From the NCBI GenBank assembly GCA_965113315.1, contig OZ220369.1: a DNA stretch of 64,000 bases, one strand, 5' to 3'. The notes under the pieces were generated by a model. The model did not search any database and had not been told where the DNA came from. It saw only the letters and a program-made list of their open reading frames with translations. This DNA comes from Podarcis vaucheri. Its lineage: Eukaryota. Position numbers and translations under genes: made by a program. This document shows, in pieces, positions 37,701 through 44,807 of the stretch (position 1 is the stretch's first letter; each line of letters starts with the position of its first letter).

Positions 37701-40700
37701 TGTCTTTGTAGACACCATGGTTTGCACTGGCTGCTGCTCCTGCCTGGACCACATTGTCACCTATCTCTTCAAGCAGCTCTCCCGCAGCACCAAGAAGAGG
37801 GCTGCCCCCCTGACGCAGGAGAGCGACCGGTTCCTGCACATCATGCAGCAGCACCCAGAGATGATCCAGCAGGTAAGGGGGGGTGCAGGTAGTGGTGGCA
37901 GCCGGTGGCCTCCTTGGCTAATCCTATGACACTCATGGAAGTGGGAGCTGGACCATAATGAGGGCTGATTGCCGAAGAATTTATGCTTTTGAATTATGGT
38001 GCTGGAGGAGACTCTTGAGAGTCCCATGGACTGCAAGAAGAACAAACCTCTCCATTCTTAAGGAAATCAGCCCCGAGTGCTCACTGGAGGGACAGATCGT
38101 GAAGCTGAGGCTCCAAGACTTTGGCCACCTTATGAGAAGACTCCCTTGGAAAGACCCTGATGTTGGGAAAGATGGCGGGCACAAGGAGAAGGGGACGACA
38201 GAGGACGAGATGGTTGGAGAGTGTTCTCGAAGCTACCAGCATGAGTTTGACCAAGCTGCGGGAGGCAGTGGAAGACAGGAGTGCCCGGAGTGCTCTGGTC
38301 CATGGGGTCACGAAGAGTCAGACACAACTAAACAACAACAACAAATCCCATTCTTTGGGCAAAATGACTCCCAGAGGGGCTTGCATACAATCCAAACAAG
38401 ACAGTCTCTACTTACAGGTTTACAATATTATTTTTTTAAAAAGTTCAGGAGCAGGTGGTGCCTGGTGGAACTGGGCATCTAGCAAAGCAGATGGAACAAG
38501 CCCGGTTTCCTGTGTCTCCCACTGAGGCCATCTGATGGAGAATGGCTGTCCCAGCAGTTGACAGGAGAGGAGACCTGATGGAGCTGCCAGCCTGTCACAT
38601 CAGAGCTGATGATGCGTCTCAGCTCTCCTGAGCGAGAGGCCAGTCGGGAAGCACCTGCAACAAGATGCTAATTTGCGGCCTCCCTACTTCTTCCTTTCAG
38701 TGCAAGCTTGAGAATTATTGTGTGGCTATTCTTGTGTGCACCGGCCAAGGCAAAGTTAAGGCTACTAGACGGGGCAAGAGAGAGCCTGTGCCCCAGCCCA
38801 GCAAGGGTAGTGACTTAGCTGATGCCCATCATTACCTGTCATGCTCATCCAGGTCACACTGAACAGACTGGATGAGTCTTCTAGTGTGCTTAAAGGTAAA
38901 GGTAAAGGTACCCCTGCCCGTATGGGCCAGTCGTGACCGACTCTGGGGTTGCGTGATCATCTCGCTTAAGAGACCGGGAGCCAGCGCTGTCCGGAGACAC
39001 GTCCGGGTCACGTGGCCAGCGTGACGAAGCTGCTCTGGCGAGCCAGCACCAGCGCACGGAAACGCCGTTACCTTCCGCTATAAAGCAGTACCTATTTATC
39101 TACTTGCACTTAGGGGTGCTTTCGAAATGCTAGGTGGGCAGGAGCTGGGACCGAACGGCGGGAGCTCACCCCGCCACGGGGATTCGATGGTGTGCTTAGG
39201 GATGCACATGGTAATCACCCAGAGTTACGTTTCCTTGACTGACTGCCTACAAGCAGAGGTGCAGCAGACCCTTCCCTCTTTAAATGGTTCCATTCAGTCA
39301 TACGTCCTTCCAAAAAAAAAGTCCCTGCGATCTCTGAAGAGTGTAACAGCTAGCTTGATTTTGCTCATTCCTTCTAGATGCTATCAACAGTGTTGAATAT
39401 CATCATCTTTGAGGACTGCAGGAATCAGTGGTCCATGTCTCGGCCTCTGCTTGGTTTGATACTGCTCAATGAAAAGGTAAGGCACTTCTTAGAGAGTTGT
39501 TCAACGGCTGGGACTCCTTAAAACGAGTGCTCAGGAGATGCTGACTCCTGTCAGCGCAGTCCCTTGGATAACTTAACCAGCATCCCCTCTTTTCTCCCCC
39601 TTCCAGTATTTCTCAGACCTACGGAACAGTATAGTGAACAGCCAGCCTCCAGAGAAGCAGCAAGCTATGCACCTCTGCTTTGAAAATCTCATGGAAGGCA
39701 TAGAGCGTAATTTGCTCACCAAGAATCGCGATAGGTCAGTATCTCTCCTCTGCTGCAGAGAGCAGACTGCATAACAGCTGGGGATGGAAATCTCCCCTGA
39801 GGCTGCCAGCAACTCAAGGCCCTCCAGGGGGCATCAGGGGAGACTCTTTGCCTCCGGAGCTTCTCTCTGTAACGTTGCTCCACTGGAAAACATATGAGGT
39901 CATGAGCTCCTTAAGAGCTGCTTGGAATTTGCTGGGCAACACTAGTGGCTCAGACACGGGGCGGATATTAGGAATGGGGAATGTTCACAGTAACTCTTAC
40001 TTGAGGGCAGAAGCAAGTACCCTGCACTTGCAAGTATTTAAAGCAGTCTTCCCCTCTGCCCCCACGTGCCCTTCTCATTAAGTCCTGGCATTTCCTAATT
40101 ACCAAGGCCCTGAGCAGAAGAATATACTGTATTTTTCGCCCTATAGGACGCACTTTTCCCCCTCCAAAAATGAAGGGGAAATGTGTGTGCGTCCCATGGG
40201 GCGAATGCAGGCTTTCGCTGAAGCCTGGAGAGCGAGAGGGGTCGGTGCGCACCGACTCCTCTCGCTCTCCAGACTTCGCGCAGCTCTCCGCAAGGTGCGG
40301 GAGCCTGGCACTGGGCTCCTGCGGCTTGCAGAGAGTTGCCTGCATGCTGAAGCCTGGGCGCGCCAAGCTCAGCGCACCCAGGCTTCGCGCAGCTGTCCGC
40401 AAAGCGCGGGAGCCCGGCGCTGGGCTCCCGCGGCTTGAGGAGAGTTGCCTGTTCTGGGGGCTGGGGTCGGGGGAAGCTCGGGCTTCCCCTGCCCCAGCCC
40501 CGTGCCTGGGGGGGGTATAATTTTTTTTCCTTTATTCCCCCCCCCCCAAAAAAAAAATACTAGGTGCGCCTTATGGGACGGTGCGTCCTATAGGGCAAAA
40601 ATACGGTAATACTTTGCAAAGCCTGTTCTGCAGGCTAAAAGTGAGCATGCTTAACTGTCCTAAATAGATTCTTTTAGAGAGGTGGGAGTGGAAAGTAGGA

Positions 40701-41624
40701 AATGTCAACAGCTTTCGGATGTCAAAGGAAATTGGTGGGGGAACGGTTCTTGACCAAAAGTAAGGGAGCGGACCTGGCTTCGGCCATTGCACCCCAACCA
40801 TTAAGAATGCCTTCCCAACTTGAAGAGCAGTTCAGGGATAGGACAGCCTGCCTAGGGTGGCTGTGGAAACCCATTCCAAGAATATTTTGCAGGTACCAAT
40901 TGGCCCAGCTTAAGGGAATGTGTGCACACAGCTGCTATCAACCTAACTTTCCAGCTGATTATTACAGAATTATTGTTCAAAACAGAGATTTTCAGAGAAT
41001 GGGGATGTTAAAGCAAATTTAAGGGAAAGATCCGAGAGGGGCAGAACTTAATGGGAAGAGAGTCAGGGCCTAAAGAACCTCGCAAGAAACCAGGACACAA
41101 ATGATGACCCCTGCAAGTCTTTACCAAACACTGACTTGCCGTGCCTCAAGAAAGGGCTGTACACTTTATTTTCATTTGCTTTTCTTAAAGTGCCTTAAAT
41201 GAGGTTACCAATTCACATCCCTGCAGCAAAATCGAGAGCTGTCCTTATACTTCACTGAGCAGCCTTCCAAGTGATTCTGAGAGTTCAGTTGCCAGTACAG
41301 ATGGTGACCACCTCGTGCAGGGGTTCCTCTCCCGGTCCCGTGTGTCGGCAGAGCGCGTTTAAGTGCGCCTCACCCCATTCTGCCTTCTTCCAAGGCCCAC
41401 ACGTTGGCAATCGCATGTCCATTGGACATGCCTAAAATATTGCTGCCTGTATTTAATATGCTGACTTAACATCTTGGGATGGTGGATTTTGCCCACTTTC
41501 TAACCCAGCTTTGGCTTGCCTCCTTGGCAGGTTTACACAGAACCTGTCTGCATTCCGGCGGGAGGTAAATGACTCTATGAAGAACTCCGCCTATGGGGTA
41601 AACAGCAACGACATGATGAGCTGA
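4929..41624 (+). CDS. XPO7: Exportin-7 (RanBP16), coding exons 2-28; 5'-partial, exon 1 outside window
   Basis: 27 exons with splice signals join in frame to 3246 nt: [17 protein letters not shown]...[22 protein letters not shown]. Near-identical to vertebrate XPO7 as recalled; 1081 aa plus the missing MADHVQ gives 1087 aa. Confidence 0.98.
5363..5603 (+). mobile_element. tRNA-derived SINE (Squam3-like)
   Basis: A box TGGTGTAGTGG, B box GGGTTCG, core GGGTGACCTTGGGCCAGTCAC; repeated at 24197 and 56621. Confidence 0.8.
6453..6546 (+). CDS. XPO7: XPO7 exon 3
   Basis: tacag|TCA..C|gtaagt; [15 protein letters not shown]. Confidence 0.95.
8124..8475 (-). mobile_element. Sauria SINE (POM-type), full length
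   Basis: tRNA-like head GGGACGCGGGTGGCGCTGTGG..GGTTCGAATCC; ACCTTT tail; 13-bp TSD GCATGCCTGTGTA. Confidence 0.9.
8724..8890 (+). CDS. XPO7: XPO7 exon 4
   Basis: tttcag|GG..CAG|gttggc; [16 protein letters not shown]. Confidence 0.95.
9187..9246. repeat. Compound (CT)n(TG)14 microsatellite upstream of XPO7 exon 5
   Basis: Direct reading. Confidence 0.9.
9319..9384 (+). CDS. XPO7: XPO7 exon 5
   Basis: ctccag|GAC..CAA|gtaagt; [22 protein letters not shown]. Confidence 0.95.
10113..10217 (+). CDS. XPO7: XPO7 exon 6
   Basis: acgcag|GCA..CAG|gtgatg; [17 protein letters not shown]. Confidence 0.95.
10357..10790 (+). mobile_element. Tc2/pogo-like MITE
   Basis: TIRs CCGTATTTTTCGCCCTATAGGACGCAC / GTGCGTCCTATGGGGCGAAAAATGCGG; TA TSD. 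Confidence 0.88.
10846..10898. repeat. (CAA)n(TAA)n microsatellite
   Basis: Direct reading. Confidence 0.85.
11065..11101. repeat. (TAAA)n microsatellite (retroposon tail)
   Basis: Direct reading. Confidence 0.85.
11327..11492 (+). CDS. XPO7: XPO7 exon 7
   Basis: ggtag|GCT..G|gtaaag; [21 protein letters not shown]. Confidence 0.95.
11685..11907. mobile_element. Tigger/mariner-like MITE
   Basis: TIR CAGTGGTACCTCGGGTTA / TAACCCGAGGTACCACTG; TA TSD. Confidence 0.88.
12050..12282. mobile_element. Tigger/mariner-like MITE (related subfamily)
   Basis: TA-CAGTCATAC...GAGGTACCAGTG-TA; inverted relative to 12810-13070. Confidence 0.78.
12810..13070. mobile_element. Tigger/mariner-like MITE (related subfamily)
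   Basis: TA-CAGTGGGACCTC...GAGGTATGACTA-TA. Confidence 0.78.
13601..14327 (-). mobile_element. CR1 LINE 3' fragment (ORF2 C-terminus)
   Basis: [48 protein letters not shown], typical of CR1. Confidence 0.92.
14494..14567 (+). CDS. XPO7: XPO7 exon 8
   Basis: ttccag|CC..CTG|gtgagt; [24 protein letters not shown]. Confidence 0.95.
14831..14950 (+). CDS. XPO7: XPO7 exon 9
   Basis: tttag|GTC..CAG|gtgagt; [17 protein letters not shown]. Confidence 0.95.
16202..16348 (+). CDS. XPO7: XPO7 exon 10
   Basis: cccag|AGC..CAG|gtgaga; [18 protein letters not shown]. Confidence 0.95.
16921..17177 (+). mobile_element. Tc2/pogo-like MITE, short subfamily
   Basis: TIRs CCGTATTTTTTGCTCTATAAGAC / GTCTTATAGAGCAAAAAATACGG; TA TSD. 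Confidence 0.85.
17621..17793 (+). CDS. XPO7: XPO7 exon 11
   Basis: ctacag|CAC..AG|gtaaag; [16 protein letters not shown]. Confidence 0.95.
18699..18892 (+). CDS. XPO7: XPO7 exon 12
   Basis: atgcag|A..G|gtgagg; [14 protein letters not shown]. Confidence 0.95.
19458..19889 (-). mobile_element. L2-clade LINE 3' fragment
   Basis: [28 protein letters not shown]; (TTA)n tail. Confidence 0.85.
20104..20209 (+). CDS. XPO7: XPO7 exon 13
   Basis: tttcag|GA..CG|gtagga; [21 protein letters not shown]. Confidence 0.95.
21395..21530 (+). CDS. XPO7: XPO7 exon 14
   Basis: ctctag|G..AAG|gtaaat; [17 protein letters not shown]. Confidence 0.95.
22057..22756 (+). mobile_element. L2-clade LINE 3' fragment
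   Basis: [31 protein letters not shown]; AT-rich tail. Confidence 0.88.
22758..22792. repeat. (TAG)n microsatellite
   Basis: Direct reading. Confidence 0.85.
22960..23033 (+). CDS. XPO7: XPO7 exon 15
   Basis: ttctag|CTA..AT|gtaagt; [24 protein letters not shown]. Confidence 0.95.
23863..23943 (+). CDS. XPO7: XPO7 exon 16 (ends at U12 AT-AC donor)
   Basis: ttctag|C..GG|atatcctt; [16 protein letters not shown]. Confidence 0.93.
23944..25177 (+). other. XPO7: U12-type (minor spliceosome) AT-AC intron 16 of XPO7
   Basis: 5' ATATCCTTT; branch point TTCCTTAAC at 25158-25166; ends AC 11 nt later; splicing restores in-frame SIG|YSSVRK. Confidence 0.93.
24197..24442 (+). mobile_element. tRNA-derived SINE (Squam3-like) inside AT-AC intron 16
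   Basis: Near-identical to 5363-5603. Confidence 0.8.
25178..25241 (+). CDS. XPO7: XPO7 exon 17
   Basis: ttctac|C..ACG|gtaagc; [21 protein letters not shown]. Confidence 0.93.
25686..26021. mobile_element. hAT (Charlie-like) MITE
   Basis: CAGTGGTTCCCAA...TTGGGAACCACAG at NTCTAGAN target. Confidence 0.7.
26477..26797. mobile_element. hAT MITE with internal ~70-bp duplication
   Basis: CAGGGGTCAGCAAC / GTTGCCTACCCCTG; perfect 8-bp TSD GTGTAGAG. Confidence 0.85.
27570..27678 (+). CDS. XPO7: XPO7 exon 18
   Basis: caacag|AGT..G|gtattg; [14 protein letters not shown]. Confidence 0.95.
27969..28075 (+). CDS. XPO7: XPO7 exon 19
   Basis: ttccag|GG..AAG|gtaagg; [17 protein letters not shown]. Confidence 0.95.
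28508..28708. mobile_element. hAT MITE (same family as 26477)
   Basis: Shared internal sequence; TSD ggctagac/ggctaggc. Confidence 0.8.
29029..29591 (+). mobile_element. Tc2/pogo-like MITE with internal tandem repeats
   Basis: TIRs and TA TSD; unit CCAGGCTTCGCGGACCTCTCCGCAAGCAGCGGGAG occurs three times. Confidence 0.88.
30758..31022. mobile_element. Tigger/mariner-like MITE with repeated TTCGTCTTGCGA motif
   Basis: TIR CAGTGGTGCCTCGCAAGAC / GTCTTGCGGGGCACCACTG; TA TSD. Confidence 0.82.
31495..31715. mobile_element. Tigger/mariner-like MITE
   Basis: Reverse-complement match to 11685-11907. Confidence 0.85.
33274..33362 (+). CDS. XPO7: XPO7 exon 20 (ends at U12 GT-AG donor)
   Basis: acacag|AGG..AT|gtatcctt; [17 protein letters not shown]. 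Confidence 0.93.
33363..34198 (+). other. XPO7: U12-type GT-AG intron 20 of XPO7
   Basis: 5' GTATCCTT; branch point TCCTTAAC at 34178-34185, 13 nt before the end of the CAG acceptor. Confidence 0.92.
33664..34015 (-). mobile_element. Sauria SINE inside U12 intron 20
   Basis: Same consensus; TSD TCCAGTAA. Confidence 0.9.
34199..34306 (+). CDS. XPO7: XPO7 exon 21
   Basis: tcgcag|C..AG|gtaggt; [15 protein letters not shown]. Confidence 0.95.
35272..35354 (+). CDS. XPO7: XPO7 exon 22
   Basis: ttccag|A..G|gtgggt; [18 protein letters not shown]. Confidence 0.95.
35980..36194 (+). CDS. XPO7: XPO7 exon 23
   Basis: ttgcag|GA..CTG|gtgagc; [18 protein letters not shown]. Confidence 0.95.
37087..37225 (+). 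CDS. XPO7: XPO7 exon 24
   Basis: ttgcag|GAC..G|gtgagt; [16 protein letters not shown]. Confidence 0.95.
37712..37872 (+). CDS. XPO7: XPO7 exon 25
   Basis: ttgtag|AC..CAG|gtaagg; [18 protein letters not shown]. Confidence 0.95.
37935..38344 (+). mobile_element. RTE BovB LINE 3' fragment
   Basis: [19 protein letters not shown]; (CAA)n tail. Confidence 0.88.
38893..39189 (-). mobile_element. Sauria SINE, second subfamily, 5'-truncated
   Basis: (ACCTTT)n tail; TSD GTGTGCTTA. Confidence 0.85.
39378..39476 (+). CDS. XPO7: XPO7 exon 26
   Basis: ttctag|ATG..AAG|gtaagg; [22 protein letters not shown]. Confidence 0.95.
39607..39734 (+). CDS. XPO7: XPO7 exon 27
   Basis: ttccag|TAT..AG|gtcagt; [13 protein letters not shown]. 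Confidence 0.95.
40127..40606 (+). mobile_element. Tc2/pogo-like MITE
   Basis: TIRs and TA TSD; same family as above. Confidence 0.88.
41531..41624 (+). CDS. XPO7: XPO7 exon 28 coding part with TGA stop
   Basis: tggcag|G TTT ACA..ATG AGC TGA; [18 protein letters not shown]. Confidence 0.95.
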
Positions 41625-42943
41625 CATCTCGCGAGGAACCTCTCTCTGGCCCGGGCCGGGGAGGTTAACTTTTCCGATGGAAAGACAAAAGGGCATTTCT
41701 GATCCCTGCTGGTCCCTGGGGCTAGGCTGCAGGAGGAAGGGGTGTTAAAAAAAAAAAGTTCACCAGGGCAGAGGGGGCTCGTTTCCTTGGGGGCGGAGCA
41801 AGGGGGAGACCAGCGTATTTCCCTGGGTGAATGTTGGAGAGGAACCCCAGCGTCCTGCCGCAGCCTGCCTTGTATAAACATGTACATTTTTTCATAACAT
41901 TTTGAACAAGGTTTATATTGACTCAAGTTTAAAAAAAAAAAGTGTGACTGAAATTTTTACAGAGTTTAGTGCACCAATGCTGAAGTGAGGGTTGTATGTG
42001 AGTGAGGAAGCTGTGTCTCCTGGCCGCCTGCCGTGTTCCTGGGCAAGGGGGTGTGAAAGTGCAGAGTTATATTTAGTAACCAGTGTAGAGAGAGAGGCAC
42101 AAGAAGTGTAAAATTCCAAATGTATATTTTTCTTATACATCCCTTTTGACTTGCACCATCCTACCCCAATCTTCCTTCTCCCCTCCCCACCCCTTCTCGC
42201 TAGGAACTCAAAGCCATGCCATGCTCCATGCTGTTCCGTGAGTGTCCATCCCTTCTGCCCCATCAAACTGACACAGCTCTCTTCCCGCCTGGTCCCAGCT
42301 GGCCAGACCAAGGAAGCCTGAGCTGCTCTGTCCATGCCTCCCCTCCCCAGAACATTGCACCAGGCTTTTTCCCTCCGTGTGTGAACCTCCTTGTTTCTCA
42401 GCTGCTGGAAAATGCATAGAGAATCTGCTTGAGGGCCTGAGATAGTTTCTCTCCTTCCAAAAAGCAGCCTCGGTGAACTGCCTTGCCTTGTAGAGCCTGG
42501 CCATGGGCTTCCTGAGGCCATCTCTGCCGCTTGTCTACACCTGTCGACAGTAGGGACTGTGGGGAGTGGGCACAGGCTTGCTACCAAGGCAGGCCCAGCA
42601 TGACATGTAACTCCCCTTGAGAAAAGTCCATTCTGCCCCCCCCCCCCAAATGCTGCACCAACATCAATGTTTTTCAATATTTAAATTTACTTAAGAGAAA
42701 ATAATGGGGGGAAATGACCTGTTTGCCTTGTACTTCCCCGTTCTTCTTGCTGCTAGTTCTGTGCCCACCCAAGGCCAGCCCGAACCTGCCCTGGTTTCTC
42801 TTCCCAGATAGCACCTCCTCGGTTTTTATTCTTTTTTGTTCTTTCTCCTCTGGCGACTGTGTGTTGGGTCCTTTTTGCGTGAGCAGATTGCTGGATGACT
42901 TGTAAGGGTGTTTGCTGCATACAGTGTAAGCATTGTGGCTGCA

Positions 42944-42949
42944 AATAAA
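42944..42949 (+). terminator. XPO7: Likely XPO7 polyadenylation signal (3' UTR about 41625-42965)
   Basis: First AATAAA I found after the stop; TGTA motifs upstream (42901, about 42925) and a GT-rich tract downstream. Confidence 0.7.
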
Positions 42950-43905
42950 CTTCAGTGGTTTCTACTGAGCTGTGTGGATCCAGGTCAGAGTGTTACTCTT
43001 GTGTGACGTTAAATGACGGTAGTGTGCGATGACCACGAGCCAACAGGCGGGTGCCTGGGAACAAGAGCGCAAGTTCTTGGCAGCAGTAGGCAACCCTCTT
43101 AGCACCTGCTTGCTTCCTCATCCCTGCTGGAAAAATATAGTGGAGGGGCGAGAGGGGGGACAGGAGGAGAGGTGACGGTACCATAACCATCTCCATCTCC
43201 AAAAGTAGCAGGTTAAGAGGATCACACGGGCAGCATTTGCCAACACAGTAAGGTCGCATCTTGCATGCATTCAATCTGTGCAATTTCAATGATATGCAGT
43301 TGAAGGCCGCTGATTGAAATCCTGTAACTTCAGGTGCGAGGCAGAGCTCTTAAAAGTTCTTTTTGCGCTGTGAAAACCCCAGTGCAAAAAAGCTTTTGAG
43401 CTCTCTGGATTTCTTGGGAAGCAAAGCTCGCTAATGTGTGCATCAGTTCTGGAAGCCCTGGGACGCTTGTGCAGAGGTGGCTTCAAAGGGCTTGAGTGCA
43501 CACATTTCTGCATATACACCGAACCCTTGGAACCAAACCCCCACATAAGATGCAATTGTACAGGCTTGTTGCAGGGGACGACAACACTGGGCTGCTTCTC
43601 CAAACTCCTTTTTTATGCTGCATATTTCGATACTCTGATAAGTTAGAGGAGCTGCTAGGGGAATATGTAGTAAACCTGATTTGTAGCTCTCCCCTGAACC
43701 CATCTTTTATCTCCACAGCCAACTCTTCACATTCAGGGCTGGAGCAGATACACAATACAAAAGCTGCTCTTCAAGTTTATTTTCATGCTGCTTTTAAGCC
43801 TCAACTGTCAATACCCACACTGAGGAAGCCTTTTTCTTTTATTTTGGCTCAGGCACATGCAAGGGTGTGTGCCTTAGGTACATGACAGGCACACTCATTC
43901 TAGAC

Positions 43906-44115
43906 CAGGGTGTGGCAAGGTTTTCCTTACCAGGACTGGGTCACTCCCGCAGAGATTGTTCCATGGGCCAGATCGCGTCTGCGCAGACACGATTTCCGTT
44001 GCTGTGGAAGTGAGTCCCTGCTCCATCAGTTTAGCACAGCAGGCAGCTCGTGGATCGTTTAAACGACCTCCGTCAGCCCGCTTGTGGCCTATAGGCCACA
44101 GGTTGCCAACCCCTG
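43906..44115. mobile_element. hAT MITE between the XPO7 and PBDC1 3' ends
   Basis: CAGGGTGTGGCAA / TTGCCAACCCCTG; TSD ttctagac/ttctaggc. Confidence 0.75.
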
Positions 44116-44688
44116 TTCTAGGCAGAGGCATAGAACAGCACACCAGCATCCTACAAGATTTTTCTGAGATCACTGGTACCAATTAGCTTTTTGGGAAACA
44201 TAACAGTATCCTACATAGTGTGGGTGAATATCCCTCTCAGGATACAGGGCAGCTTAAGAGTGTGTGACTTGTAGCTTGGTAACCATATTTAACATGGTCG
44301 TTTGTGTTGATTACCTGTGATCATCCCACAGCTTTTAAGTTTGTTGTATTCTGTGAATCAGTGAGAGAGGGTACAAAAACCAGGGACCAATTAGGACTCA
44401 CCTGCTGCTGTTTTTCATTTTAGCTTTTAATGTTGAGTTCGTTTCCATAGTATTTGGACTCTTGACATTATCAGAGTCTGTTGCTTTGGCTGAGCCCACA
44501 AATGTGTCACTGTTAATCCAAAATTTAGATCATTTTGGCACCTTAAACAACATTCCAGCAGCAGCTGTGGCTCTTACACCTCTGCCTCGAAACAGGAACA
44601 GTCTGCAGCTCGGCCAGAGTTGATGCTGGTGCAAAGCCATGATCCCTGTCCATTCTGAACGTGTTGCCCTTTCTGAGAGCAGAACGTC

Positions 44689-44807
44689 TCAGCCAGAGCT
44701 AACCTCTTCTGTCGCTGAGCTGGCTTTCTTGGCACTGTTGTAGACCACACTGTTGTAGCCTTCTCGGTTACGGGCTATTTCAATGGCGAAGAATTGGATC
44801 CTGGTTG
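44689..44807 (-). CDS. PBDC1: PBDC1 exon 6 coding part with TGA stop
   Basis: tcgcag|CA ACC AGG..GGC TGA; TRIQFFAIEIARNREGYNSVVY.. Confidence 0.93.

Noticed and set aside
41622-41630. Stop-codon readthrough at XPO7 TGA-C
   Set aside because: Context is TGACAT rather than TGACTAG; no other support
41913-42677. 254-aa minus-strand ORF
   Set aside because: Antisense to the XPO7 3' UTR, non-ATG start, no recognisable motif
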